NCBI GenBank assembly: GCA_903872185.1
Contig: CAIQJL010000375.1
Coordinates: forward strand, 1-61,359
DNA: 61,359 nucleotides
Reading direction: 5' to 3'
Source of the DNA: an uncultured Bacteroidota bacterium
Lineage (GTDB): Bacteria; Bacteroidota; Bacteroidia; Bacteroidales; GWA2-32-17
This document shows positions 31,601-41,057 of the stretch, in pieces (position 1 is the stretch's first letter; every line of letters begins with the position of its first letter). The notes beneath the pieces were generated by a model, which made no database searches, was not told where the DNA came from, and was given only the letters and a program-made list of their open reading frames with translations. Position numbers and translations under genes: made by a program.

Positions 31601-31911
31601 GAAAACCATTTAAAGATAAACCTAAATTTTACCTGAGCGAAAAAAGTTTTAAAGAAATTGAAAATGGATTTACTATTAACAAAACACTAAACAATACAGT
31701 TTTATTTCATAAAACATACAATGAAACAAGCTGTCTGTGCTTAGTTGACAATGAATTTGTTTATGAGTCAAAACATGTAAAAGCAACATTTAACAAATCC
31801 GATTTCACAATTAAAAATGTTGAATTCTTAAATGACAATATTGAAGAATTCGAATTCACAGACGCTGCTAATATGTTTGCTTTATTTGATGCTGCAAAAA
31901 ATCTATATTAA
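28690..31911 (+). CDS. ygfK: YgfK-family flavin/Fe-S oxidoreductase (often annotated putative selenate reductase subunit)
   Basis: GVAAGPHSQMAQNI, KPCID..DEGYNCEWSQEL, STMHGCPPEEIE, MYMSGRAL, GltD-like GAGPSG/GGGNTAMD, C-terminal CNICVTVCPNRAN and CNECGNCTTFCP. Confidence 0.92.
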   Translation: MTDKFSIIEINRLYQIIEKDFSERKEIFGIPEELFFRPSKNDNFKISRYGQIIESPIGVAAGPHSQMAQNIISAWLCGARYIELKTIQTLDEINVSKPCIDMQDEGYNCEWSQELRIHETFEEYLKAWILIHILKHKLNFEKSEDIGVIFNMSAGYNMEGLLKENVQWFFSKMENCKQEKEKYIELLKPLYPEIANIEIPNRITDNITLSTMHGCPPEEIENIGLYLINEKKLNTTIKLNPTLLGSKELREILNAKLGFKTEVPDIAFDHDLKYADALKLINSLQQAADKNNVQFNLKLTNTLESINNKNIFSADEKMMYMSGRALHPISINLAKKLQNEFNGKLDISFCAGADCFNISDILNCGLQPITICSDILKPGGYGRLIQYIENIRENKTVTNKLEFLNKYADEVISEKAYIRDSFHTPDIKTNRELNYFDCIHPPCVDTCPTNQDIPDYLYLTSIGEFEKAFEVILKKNPFPASLGMVCDHLCQSKCTRINYDDSIQIREVKRFIADYGSNENFLKPAKENEFKVSIIGAGPSGLACAYFLRLAGFKVNVYETKNIAGGMVADAIPAFRLRKQSIEKDIERIKNLGVNIHYSNKIDSSFFENIQKESDFIYLATGAQKFKKLDIEGESSIGVLDAFNFLYSVKNDKHIELGKNVIIIGGGNTAMDVARTANRLIHTNGKVTVVYRRTIHEMPADAEEIAALIDEGIEIIELSAPEKIVSENGKTTALICSKMKLGEPDSSGRAKPIKIENSEFTINVDSIIPALGQDVDIDFIKPELLKTNPNSYETQIKNIFIGGDAMRGAATIVKAVGDGRKVASEILNRTGINYNFEPEKVNRGLKHKDYIIKKSTRNKSEQLTESAIENRKNFNIVISPLTKEQAVTEAKRCLLCDDVCNICVTVCPNRANYSYFIEPKNIIIYKAIKSCETINIEKAGILNLSQNTQVLNIGDFCNECGNCTTFCPTNGKPFKDKPKFYLSEKSFKEIENGFTINKTLNNTVLFHKTYNETSCLCLVDNEFVYESKHVKATFNKSDFTIKNVEFLNDNIEEFEFTDAANMFALFDAAKNLY

Positions 31912-31914
31912 TAT

Positions 31915-31943
31915 TCTAATCGTAGTTTGAAACTACGATTAGA
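31915..31943. repeat. Perfect 13-bp inverted repeat just after the ygfK stop (terminator or REP-like)
   Basis: TCTAATCGTAGTT-tga-AACTACGATTAGA; no U-tract. Confidence 0.55.
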
Positions 31944-31978
31944 TATTAGACTTTAAAATATTTAGATTATCAATCTTT

Positions 31979-32041
31979 GCTTGTCGAAGGACTCGAAAAC
32001 TGAGGTTCTATAAGTCACCCTTTGAGTGCCTCAGGGTGACA
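31979..32041. repeat. Truncated nested REP-like element
   Basis: GCTTGTCGAAGGA (reverse complement of inner unit TCCTTCGACAAGC) joined to CTCGAAAAC; right unit CCCTTTGAGTGCCTCAGGGTGACA. Confidence 0.65.
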
Positions 32042-32053
32042 GCAAAAAGTTTA

Positions 32054-33973
32054 TCACAATTTAACAAATCTCTCACTTAAATTAATCTCGTTACCAACAA
32101 TAGTAATCCCATAAACACCTTTTTCTAAAGCGCTAACATTAACAACTGTTTCATTTTGGCTTGATGTCATTCTTTTTAATAAAACACCTTGCATATTGTA
32201 AATTAATATTTCTGTAGATGAAGAAACTTTTGAAAGTATTTTAATATTTAAATCATTTGTTACAGGATTGGGATAAATATCAATTTTATGTAAATCTGCA
32301 TTTAAATTCTCAGAACTTACAGGATATCTAACAAAAACAGATATTGTAGTATCGTAAGTACAACCGAAATCATCTGTTGCAGAAAAAGTATATGCAACAT
32401 CACCAGTTACTGTTGGGGTTGCAGTTCCTATACCATTTTCCTGAGAAATAATTCCATTTCCTGACCATGAATAATTTAGTGAATCATAACTATTTCCAAA
32501 AGACCATAATGGTGGAACAATTAAAGGATTAAAATTTAACATCCAGTAAAAAAGATAACCATCATCAGCACCAAGATGATCGGTAATATGAATCGTCCAG
32601 TCACCATTTAATGGACAACCTATTAAATTTGTAAATGGAGTTTCGGGCGCATAATTTCCAGCGGGAATAAAATATGCTCCGGTAATAACATTCCCTTCCA
32701 GATCAGTAAAATTATGCTGGGTTGTACTTGCAACGCCAGGCAGAGTAATTGTATCAACTGGTGTCCAATTATAAGTATAACCTATTCCTGGGCTTGTAGC
32801 TGGTGTTATATCACATGGCTCACCTAAATGAGTCATACCTGCAGAAGGATAGCCAACAGGAGGAGTACAAGTGGTACATGTCCAATTATAATGACCAATC
32901 AAATTTACCGCTTGCCCATTCGGGCATGTTAGCCAAACTTCTAAATCACCTAAATATGAATGCTCAATATTCATTGTTAAAGATTGCAAATCAGAAACAC
33001 CAGTATATACTTGCCCCGGAGCAAATATTGTTTGTGTTAAAGTAGTAGTATATGTTACACCACTACCATCAGGAATTAACACTAAACTGGAAACTACTGT
33101 TGGAATTGGTTGAGTCCATGTATTTGTTGTTGCCTCCCCAATTAAATTTACAGATTGCCAAAATGTTATTGTATCCTGAACTATTGTAGCACCTGCAAAT
33201 ATTGGTGTGGTTGAAATCATTACCATATTTCGTGAGTAATTTGAATTATGACAACCACCTATATCAATACCAGAAACAGTCGTATAAAAACCACCACCAT
33301 TAGGAAACACATGGGTTACATTTGAAAGCCCTGCTCCAGTCTGCACAGGTGATCCATCACCAAAATCCCAGGTAAAAACAATATTTGTATCTGATTGATG
33401 ATAATATAAATCATTATTTGTATAGGTACCAGCAGCATTAAAGGTTATAGACTGATTTTGGCATGCTCGTATTGTATCACCATTAAAATAGGGCATATTG
33501 GCACCAGTAATGTTTACATCAAAAGCCTGACAAGGATATGTACAAGAAATTGTAGCTTCCCATCCAGCCATGGAAACAGACCCATCTGAAGTAAAAACTA
33601 AGGTCAAACAACCACTTCCCTGAGATGTAATAGCTTGTCCTAGTAAAGCGGTTGCAGTTCCAGTTGCAGTTAAAATTATTAACCCTGCCGCTGAACTACC
33701 TTCATGAATTACTAAATTGTCAAAATTATTTTCAAGAACAAATTGTGTGAAGATCAATGACACCTGAGCACCAGGCAATGCAGCACAAATTGTTAAAGTT
33801 AAATTTTCACTAGCTTGATATGTTCCAACTGCTCCACCTGAATCATAAAAAGTACCACCGCAAAGACTAACTGAAGTATCATGCATAAGCACAACCTGCG
33901 CTTTTAAATTTAAACTATGTAAACTTATAATAACAATAATTACACAGCTACAAAATATTTTAAATAAATTCAT
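32054..33973 (-). CDS. T9SS-secreted protein (CUB-like, PKD, proprotein-convertase P-like domains, type A CTD)
   Basis: Signal peptide; FYDSGG..G.Y, LVFTSDGS...GWEA.ISC; WDFGDG; IEHSYLGDL...LTCPNG; IYPNP...YNMQG...KGVY...RFVK. Confidence 0.88.
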   Translation of the reverse strand: MNLFKIFCSCVIIVIISLHSLNLKAQVVLMHDTSVSLCGGTFYDSGGAVGTYQASENLTLTICAALPGAQVSLIFTQFVLENNFDNLVIHEGSSAAGLIILTATGTATALLGQAITSQGSGCLTLVFTSDGSVSMAGWEATISCTYPCQAFDVNITGANMPYFNGDTIRACQNQSITFNAAGTYTNNDLYYHQSDTNIVFTWDFGDGSPVQTGAGLSNVTHVFPNGGGFYTTVSGIDIGGCHNSNYSRNMVMISTTPIFAGATIVQDTITFWQSVNLIGEATTNTWTQPIPTVVSSLVLIPDGSGVTYTTTLTQTIFAPGQVYTGVSDLQSLTMNIEHSYLGDLEVWLTCPNGQAVNLIGHYNWTCTTCTPPVGYPSAGMTHLGEPCDITPATSPGIGYTYNWTPVDTITLPGVASTTQHNFTDLEGNVITGAYFIPAGNYAPETPFTNLIGCPLNGDWTIHITDHLGADDGYLFYWMLNFNPLIVPPLWSFGNSYDSLNYSWSGNGIISQENGIGTATPTVTGDVAYTFSATDDFGCTYDTTISVFVRYPVSSENLNADLHKIDIYPNPVTNDLNIKILSKVSSSTEILIYNMQGVLLKRMTSSQNETVVNVSALEKGVYGITIVGNEINLSERFVKL

Positions 33974-34236
33974 ATTAAATAGTTTTTACCTTAGTAAGAC
34001 AAATAACTCTCTTAATCGTTGCCCCAAAATTATATGTTACACAACAATAAAAATACAATTTAATAGATTAAAAAGCAAGAATGTACCTCCTAACAAAACA
34101 TTTGAGTTTATTAACAACGTGTATTACCCAATTAAGTATTACTAAATTTATAATTTAACTTTATAAACTTTTTGCTTTCAACTGTAGGGATGTTCAAAAA
34201 AACAATATTTTTATTTATTCATGCCTTATAATTACT

Positions 34237-34244
34237 TACTTTTG
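34237..34244 (+). promoter_or_regulatory. -7 element (TACTTTTG) of the PLP-enzyme/xdh/ssnA operon
   Basis: TAnnTTTG match 33 nt upstream of ATG 34278. Confidence 0.55.
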
Positions 34245-34277
34245 TATTCTTAATTCGATTATTAAAATTTTTTATAT

Positions 34278-35756
34278 ATGATAAAGATTGAAAACAAGAT
34301 CGTTAACCACGATATAAGAAAGAAAGCAATTGAGCGTTTACGCGAAAAAGGTATTGTACTTCCTACTTATGCTCAAATGAGAGATCCTCAATTAATTCCT
34401 GAAAAGATTAAAGACAAATTAAAAAATATTGGATTATGGGAACTTAATCCACTTAACCTTTTCCGCATTAACTGGCACAACGAGCCAAAAGAAACAGGTG
34501 GTTTATTTGGTGGCGTAAATTATATTGAAATCCCAAAAGAAATAACAGGAATTGACACGCGCATTGTTCTTATTGTAGGCAAATGGTTTCCTACAGGTGC
34601 ACATAAAGTTGGGGCTGCATATGGTTGCTTAGCTCCAAGAATTATTTCAGGCCAATTTGATCCTACTTATAATAAAGCTGTTTGGCCATCAACAGGAAAT
34701 TATTGTCGTGGTGGTGCTTTCGACTCATATTTAATGGGTTGTACTGCTGTTGCTATTCTACCTGAAGAAATGAGTAAAGAACGTTTTGCTTGGTTAAAAG
34801 ATATTGGTGCTGAAGTAATTGCTACCCATGGCTGCGAATCAAATGTAAAAGAGATTTATGACGCATGCTGGGATATTAGAAAAAACAGAAAAGATTGTAT
34901 TATTTTTAATCAATTCGACGAATTCGGAAATCCTTGCTGGCATTATAATGTAACAGGTTATGCATTAGAGGAAGTTTATAATAAAATTAAAACTCCAAAA
35001 TCAAAATTTGCCGGATATATTTCAGCTACAGGATCTGCAGGAACTATTTCAGCAGGTGATTTCTTAAGAACAAAACATCCACACATTAAAGTTGCTGCAT
35101 CTGAAGCATTACAATGCCCAACTCTTTTAATGAATGGTTTTGGCGGACATAGAATTGAAGGTATTGGCGACAAACATGTTCCATGGGTACATAATGTTAA
35201 GAATACTGATGCAGTTGTTGCTATTGATGATGAAGATTGCATGAGAATTTTCAGACTTTTTAATGAAAAAGAAGGAAAACAATATTTAAAATCAATTGGA
35301 ATTAGTCAAGAAAATATTGATTCACTAGAATTATTGGGCATTTCAGGAATTTCAAACATGCTATCTGCAATTAAAACTGCAAAACATTTTGAAATGACTT
35401 CTGATGATGTTATTATGACAATTGCAACAGATTCAGCAGTTATGTATCAGTCACGTCTTGAAGAATTGGCAGCTGATAAAGGCGCATATTCAAATATTCA
35501 AGCTGTAAAAGATTATGAAAAATGCCTTTTAGGAACAAAGGCTGATTATATAAAAGAGTTGACATATAACGACCGTAAAATGATTCATAATCTGAAATAT
35601 TTTACATGGGTAGAACAACAGGCAAAAGATGTAGAAGATTTAAATCAGTTATGGTACGACAGAGAAATCTGGGATCAAATATTCCATCAGGATGTTAAAC
35701 TTGATGAAATGATAAATGAATTTAACGAAGAAACCGGAGTTCTTAAGAATTTATAA
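34278..35756 (+). CDS. Fold-type II PLP-dependent enzyme (cysteine synthase/TrpB superfamily, extended), function unassigned
   Basis: FPTGAHKVGA (PLP Lys), PSTGNY, NQF, SATGSAGT phosphate loop, HRIEGIGD. Confidence 0.85.
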   Translation: MIKIENKIVNHDIRKKAIERLREKGIVLPTYAQMRDPQLIPEKIKDKLKNIGLWELNPLNLFRINWHNEPKETGGLFGGVNYIEIPKEITGIDTRIVLIVGKWFPTGAHKVGAAYGCLAPRIISGQFDPTYNKAVWPSTGNYCRGGAFDSYLMGCTAVAILPEEMSKERFAWLKDIGAEVIATHGCESNVKEIYDACWDIRKNRKDCIIFNQFDEFGNPCWHYNVTGYALEEVYNKIKTPKSKFAGYISATGSAGTISAGDFLRTKHPHIKVAASEALQCPTLLMNGFGGHRIEGIGDKHVPWVHNVKNTDAVVAIDDEDCMRIFRLFNEKEGKQYLKSIGISQENIDSLELLGISGISNMLSAIKTAKHFEMTSDDVIMTIATDSAVMYQSRLEELAADKGAYSNIQAVKDYEKCLLGTKADYIKELTYNDRKMIHNLKYFTWVEQQAKDVEDLNQLWYDREIWDQIFHQDVKLDEMINEFNEETGVLKNL

Positions 35757-35782
35757 TTTGGCTATCTTATAACCATTTAGCG

Positions 35783-37027
35783 ATGAACAATAAATTCCAT
35801 TTCTTATGTGTTGATTGTGGTAAAATTATAAATTCAACGAAGGTTGAATATTTATGCAATGACTGCGAAAGCAATAATAGCGTATCACAACCACCACAAG
35901 GAGTTTTAAAAACAGAATATAATTTCTCCGAAATTAAATCAAGATTACATGAAGGTATTTTTAACAAATTAGAAAACACAGGCTTTATTGACATATTACC
36001 AATTAAATCAATTAATAGCCTACCTTATTTAAAAGTTGGAAATACACCGTTATATAATGTTACAGAATTAAACAAAACTGAATTAAATTTTAGTTTATTA
36101 CTTAAAGACGATTCTCAGAATCCAACTTTTTCATTTAAAGACAGAGCTTCAGCTATCGTCTCAGCGTATGCAAAAGAAAATAATATTGATACAATTGTTG
36201 CGGCATCAACTGGTAATGCGGGTTCTTCTTTAGCAGGAATTTGTGCTGCGCAAAAACAAAGAGCAATAATTTTTGTTCCGGCGAATGCACCAAAAGCAAA
36301 GCTTACTCAAATAATGATGTATGGAGCTCAAATTGTGCCGGTAAATGGAAATTACGATACAGCTTTTGACTTAAGTATTGAAATTACAAAGAAATACGGT
36401 TGGTATAATCGTAATACTGCATTCAATCCATTAACTATTGAAGGCAAGAAAACTGTTTCTTATGAATTATATTCACAGTTAAATCAATCTTTGCCTGATA
36501 GAATATTTGTACCTGTCGGCGATGGAGTAATAATTTCGGGAGTATACAAAGGCTTTGAAGACTTATTAAAACTTGGAATAATAAAAAAGATACCTACCAT
36601 TGTCGCAGTTCAGGCATTTGGGAGTAGTAATATAATAAACAACCTTAATCGTCAAGAGTTCATTTCAACTCCAAGTAAAACAGTTGCAGATTCAATTTCT
36701 GTTAATATTCCAAGAAATTTCAGAATGTCCAAAAAATATTTGCAAACTTTTGAAGGCGAAAACATATTGGTTAATGATGATGAAATAATTGCAGCCTCAA
36801 AAGTATTAAGTAGCAATACAGGCATTTTTACTGAACCAGCTGCAGCTACAGCATTCGCAGGATTCCTGAGTTATTACAACAATAACAGATTGAAGAAAGA
36901 AAGTAAAAATGTAGTTATACTAACAGGTAGCGGACTAAAAGACTTAAATGCAGTTCAATCAATAATAAATATTCCAAACCCAGTAAATCCGACTATTTCT
37001 GATGTCGAAAGATTTCTAAATTTATAA
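35783..37027 (+). CDS. Threonine synthase-like PLP enzyme with N-terminal Zn ribbon
   Basis: CVDC...CNDC, GNTPL, NPTFSFKDRAS, ASTGNAG, EGKKT, VPVGDG, EPAAA, LTGSGLKD. Confidence 0.87.
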   Translation: MNNKFHFLCVDCGKIINSTKVEYLCNDCESNNSVSQPPQGVLKTEYNFSEIKSRLHEGIFNKLENTGFIDILPIKSINSLPYLKVGNTPLYNVTELNKTELNFSLLLKDDSQNPTFSFKDRASAIVSAYAKENNIDTIVAASTGNAGSSLAGICAAQKQRAIIFVPANAPKAKLTQIMMYGAQIVPVNGNYDTAFDLSIEITKKYGWYNRNTAFNPLTIEGKKTVSYELYSQLNQSLPDRIFVPVGDGVIISGVYKGFEDLLKLGIIKKIPTIVAVQAFGSSNIINNLNRQEFISTPSKTVADSISVNIPRNFRMSKKYLQTFEGENILVNDDEIIAASKVLSSNTGIFTEPAAATAFAGFLSYYNNNRLKKESKNVVILTGSGLKDLNAVQSIINIPNPVNPTISDVERFLNL

Positions 37028-37044
37028 TACATAATGTTAATATT

Positions 37045-39612
37045 ATGATTAATTTCATTCTTAACAAAGAGAATATTAATTACAACGGTAATCCTGAATT
37101 AACGTTGTTAAAGTATTTACGAAATGAATTAGAAATTACTTCTGTAAAAGATGGTTGCTCTGGACAAGCTGCTTGTGGTGCTTGCATGGTTGAAATAAAC
37201 GGAGAAGCAAAACTTTCATGCATTACTCCAATGAATAAAATTCAAGGAACAGAAGTTACAACTATGGAAGGTGTGCCTGAACCCATAAAACAAGTTTTAG
37301 GAAAAGCATTTGTTGAAAAGGGTGCCGTTCAATGCGGATTTTGCACACCAGGATTCTTGATGAGGACAAAAGTTCTTCTTCAGAAAAACCCAACTCCCAC
37401 AAAAGAAGAAATAAAACAGGCACTAACTTTAAATCTTTGTCGTTGTACCGGATACGTCAAAATTATTGAAGCAATTGAAGAAGCAGCAAAATCTTTAACA
37501 AATGGTAAAGGAATTGAATACTCAGACATCTCAGGAAAAGTAGGAACTTCATATCCTAAATATCAGGCATACGAAACTGCAATTGGCAAAAGAGCTTTTG
37601 TTAATGATTTGCATTTTGAAGGAATGCTACATGGTGCTTTAAAATTCAGTGATTATCCTCGCGCAAAAGTTTTAAAAATAGACATTTCGGTAGCATCAAA
37701 AATTAAAGGTGTATTAAAAATATTTACTTCAAAAGATATTCCCGGAGATAAATTTATCGGACTAATATATCAGGATTGGCCTTTAATGATTGGCGAAGGA
37801 GAAATCACAAGATATATTGGTGATGTAATAGCAGGAGTAGTTGCAGAAACTGAAGAAATAGCAAGAGAAGCAGCAAAGAAAATAAATATAAGCTACGAGA
37901 TTCTTGAACCAGTTACAGATCCATACGGAGCATTAAAAGCGAACTCTCCACAAGTTCAACCGAATCATGATAATTTATTAGATAACTGCAAAGTCTATCG
38001 TGGAGGAAATGCAGAAGAAGTATTGAGAAAATCAGATTATATTTCAAATGGAACTTACAATACCCAGCGTATTGAGCACGCATTTTTAGAGACTGAAGGT
38101 GCAGTAGGATTACCAAAAGAAAATGGAATAACATTATACACTAACGGCCAAGGAATATATGTTGACAGAAAGCAAATTTCAAAAATACTAGCACTTCCTG
38201 AAGAAAAAATAAATGTAATACTTATTCCAACAGGTGGTGGCTTTGGGGGTAAAGAAGACATGACAGTTCAAGGTCATACTGCATTATTTACATGGCTACT
38301 AAAAAAACCTGTAAAATTAATTCTTTCAAGAGAAGAGTCATTCAGAATGCATCCTAAACGACATCCTGTTTTTATGGATATTGAAATGGGTTGCGATAAA
38401 AACGGAATGTTAACTGCCGTAAAACTTATGGCCGTTGGTGATTCTGGAGCTTATGCTTCTGTTGGAACAAAAGTCATGGAAAGAGTTGCTGGTCATGCTA
38501 CCGGAGGTTATCATTTCCCATGCGTAAATCTTGAAGCAAAAACTGTATACACTAACAATATCCCAAGCGGTGCTATGCGTGGGTTTGGCGCTAATCAGGT
38601 TTGTTTTGCATTAGAAGGATGTATTGATGAACTTTGTAAACAAGGTGGTTTTGATCGTTGGAAATTTAGATATGATAATGCTTTAACAGAAGACAGAATG
38701 ACCGCTACAGGTCATATATTGAAATCAGGAGTTGGAATTAGAGCAACACTTGATGCACTCAAACCATATTATGATAAAGCAAAATTCAAAGGCTTAGCTT
38801 GCGGAATAAAAAATTCAGGCGTTGGAAATGGCATGGAAGATTCAAGTGATGTTATAATTGAAATAATTTCAGAACAACAAGTAAACATACAACATGGCTG
38901 GACTGAAATGGGGCAAGGCATTCACAATATGGCGATTCAGACGTTACATGAAGAAACAGGAATAAATCCGGAAATAATTGAAGTAGTTGTTGATTCAGCA
39001 GCAGGAATAACAACGGGCATGACAACATCATCTCGTGCAACCGCTTTACTTGGAAATGCAATTATTGATGCTTCAAAACAAATTATAGAAGATCTTAAAT
39101 CAAATAAACTCTCCGAATTAAAAGGTAAAACCTATAAAGGAAATTATACTTGCAACTGGACAACAAAACCAGGTGCAGATGTAAAAGAAATAATAACACA
39201 CTACTCATATGGATACGCATCACAGCTTGTTGTTTTAAATGATAAAGGAGAAATAGACACTGTCTTTGCAGCACATGATGCCGGTAAAATAATGAATCCA
39301 ATAATGTTTGAAGGCCAAATTGAAGGCGCTGTTCATATGGGTGTTGGATATGCTTTGACGGAAGACTTACCAATGAAAGATGGATTTCTTGTATCTACAA
39401 AAATGAGAGATTTAGGAATTTTATCTGCTAAAGAAACACCAAAAATAAAAGTAATTGGTGTTGAAGTTAAAGATTCTGTTGGTCCTTATGGTGCAAAAGG
39501 ACTAGGTGAAATTGGATTAGTACCTACAGCAGCAGCTGTAGCCAATGCACTTTGCGATTTTGACGGGGTTAGAAGATATTCTTTACCAATGAAACGAAAA
39601 AAGAAATGTTAA
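37045..39612 (+). CDS. xdh: Single-chain selenium-dependent xanthine dehydrogenase-type molybdenum hydroxylase (2x[2Fe-2S] + Moco, no FAD domain)
   Basis: KDGCSGQAACGAC, QCGFCTPG, NLCRCTGY, EHAFLE, GGGFGGKED, GAMRGFG, GAKGLGEIG; 855-aa fused layout like clostridial/enterococcal Se-XDH. Se dependence is inferred from family. Confidence 0.88.
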   Translation: MINFILNKENINYNGNPELTLLKYLRNELEITSVKDGCSGQAACGACMVEINGEAKLSCITPMNKIQGTEVTTMEGVPEPIKQVLGKAFVEKGAVQCGFCTPGFLMRTKVLLQKNPTPTKEEIKQALTLNLCRCTGYVKIIEAIEEAAKSLTNGKGIEYSDISGKVGTSYPKYQAYETAIGKRAFVNDLHFEGMLHGALKFSDYPRAKVLKIDISVASKIKGVLKIFTSKDIPGDKFIGLIYQDWPLMIGEGEITRYIGDVIAGVVAETEEIAREAAKKINISYEILEPVTDPYGALKANSPQVQPNHDNLLDNCKVYRGGNAEEVLRKSDYISNGTYNTQRIEHAFLETEGAVGLPKENGITLYTNGQGIYVDRKQISKILALPEEKINVILIPTGGGFGGKEDMTVQGHTALFTWLLKKPVKLILSREESFRMHPKRHPVFMDIEMGCDKNGMLTAVKLMAVGDSGAYASVGTKVMERVAGHATGGYHFPCVNLEAKTVYTNNIPSGAMRGFGANQVCFALEGCIDELCKQGGFDRWKFRYDNALTEDRMTATGHILKSGVGIRATLDALKPYYDKAKFKGLACGIKNSGVGNGMEDSSDVIIEIISEQQVNIQHGWTEMGQGIHNMAIQTLHEETGINPEIIEVVVDSAAGITTGMTTSSRATALLGNAIIDASKQIIEDLKSNKLSELKGKTYKGNYTCNWTTKPGADVKEIITHYSYGYASQLVVLNDKGEIDTVFAAHDAGKIMNPIMFEGQIEGAVHMGVGYALTEDLPMKDGFLVSTKMRDLGILSAKETPKIKVIGVEVKDSVGPYGAKGLGEIGLVPTAAAVANALCDFDGVRRYSLPMKRKKKC

Positions 39613-39627
39613 ATACCACAACACTCA

Positions 39628-39711
39628 GTCATCCTGAGGCACTCGATGGATTGACCCATATTCCACCACACATGGCTCGATCCTTCGACAAGCTCAGGAC
39701 TAAACATGACC
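39628..39711. repeat. REP-like dimer with nested inner unit
   Basis: Colinear with the reverse complement of 57072-57141, but TCCTTCGACAAGCTCAGGACT (39681-39701) occupies the loop. Confidence 0.78.
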
Positions 39712-39761
39712 CTTACCATTTTGCACTATATTATATTATTTTACATTAAATATTAACTTTA

Positions 39762-41030
39762 ATGGCTATTTATTTAAAAAACGCAACATTTATTGATTGG
39801 CAAACTTTAGAATTTAAAACCTCTAATATTAAAGTTAATTCAGGAATTAATAATGGTTTTGAATTCATAAATGAAATACCAATTAATCTTAATCAAGAAT
39901 TAATTGATTGCACAGGCAAATATGTTACAAAATCTTTTGTATGCGGACATCATCACATATATTCAGCACTTGCAAGAGGAATGAGTGCGCCTAAAAAGAA
40001 TCCCGAAAATTTTTATGAAATTTTGCAATATGTTTGGTGGACACTAGATAAATGTCTGGATAAAGACATGATTGAAGCGAGTGCATTAACAACTGCAATT
40101 GCTTGTGCAAAAAGCGGAACAACTTTCGTAATTGACCACCATGCTTCACCTTTTGCAGTTGAAGGTTCATTAGAGATTATTGCAAAAGCTTTTGAAAAAG
40201 TTGGTCTCTCCCATTTGTTATGTTACGAAATATCGGATAGAGACGAATTAGAGATTGCAGAAAAAGGACTTTCTGAAACTGAGAATTATTTAAAATATAA
40301 TCAAGGATTAGTAGGTCTTCACGCATCATTCACAGTTTCTGACGATACACTAAAAAAGGCAATTTCAATTGCAGATAAATACAAATCTGGTTTGCATATT
40401 CATGTTGCAGAAGACAAATACGATCAAGAACATTGTGTAAATAATTATAAACAAAGAGTTGTTGAACGATTAAATAATTCAGGAGGATTAAGTTCGTCAA
40501 AAACAATTCTAGGGCATTGTCTTCATTTAAGTGATAACGAAAAAACAATAATTAGAAACTCAAATGCCTGGGTTGTACAAAATAGTGAAAGTAATTTAAA
40601 TAATAACGTTGGTTATTTTGATTCAAGAGGTTTAGGAGAAAATATTATGCTTGGAACAGATGGAATGCATAGTGATATGTTGCGTTCTGCTAAATCAGCA
40701 TTCTATGTTGGACAAGGATTCGATAGCATTGATTATTCAGGTGTTTATAAACGTTTTAGAAATGCTCATAACTATTTAAGTACGAATAATTTTTCAGGAG
40801 ATGGCGACAATAATCTTGTCATTTTAGATTACGACTCTCCAACTGAATTTAATCAGAATAATTTCTTAGGCCATTTTCTTTTTGGTATAGAATCAAAACA
40901 TGTGCAACATGTTATTTCAAATGGGAAATTGATAGTAAAAGACAGATTCATTCAAACAGTCAATGAAAATGACATTTTAAATTCTTCAAAAGAACTTTCA
41001 AAATTACTATGGAAAAAAATGAGTAAATAA
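39762..41030 (+). CDS. ssnA: SsnA-family amidohydrolase
   Basis: CGHHHIYSALARG, F.EIL...WW.LD, IDHHASP, GLHASFT, HIHVAED, GTDG. Confidence 0.88.
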   Translation: MAIYLKNATFIDWQTLEFKTSNIKVNSGINNGFEFINEIPINLNQELIDCTGKYVTKSFVCGHHHIYSALARGMSAPKKNPENFYEILQYVWWTLDKCLDKDMIEASALTTAIACAKSGTTFVIDHHASPFAVEGSLEIIAKAFEKVGLSHLLCYEISDRDELEIAEKGLSETENYLKYNQGLVGLHASFTVSDDTLKKAISIADKYKSGLHIHVAEDKYDQEHCVNNYKQRVVERLNNSGGLSSSKTILGHCLHLSDNEKTIIRNSNAWVVQNSESNLNNNVGYFDSRGLGENIMLGTDGMHSDMLRSAKSAFYVGQGFDSIDYSGVYKRFRNAHNYLSTNNFSGDGDNNLVILDYDSPTEFNQNNFLGHFLFGIESKHVQHVISNGKLIVKDRFIQTVNENDILNSSKELSKLLWKKMSK

Positions 41031-41057
41031 TTTTTCCTAAAAACACAGCTCAAAAGA

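Noticed and set aside
33974-34277. Purine or xanthine riboswitch upstream of the catabolic operon
   Set aside because: No recognisable aptamer consensus by eye, and the promoter is only about 30 nt from the start codon; an Rfam scan would be definitive
35783-37027. Assigning thrC as the housekeeping threonine synthase
   Set aside because: No thrA/thrB context and it is embedded in a catabolic operon; the family is clear but the function is not
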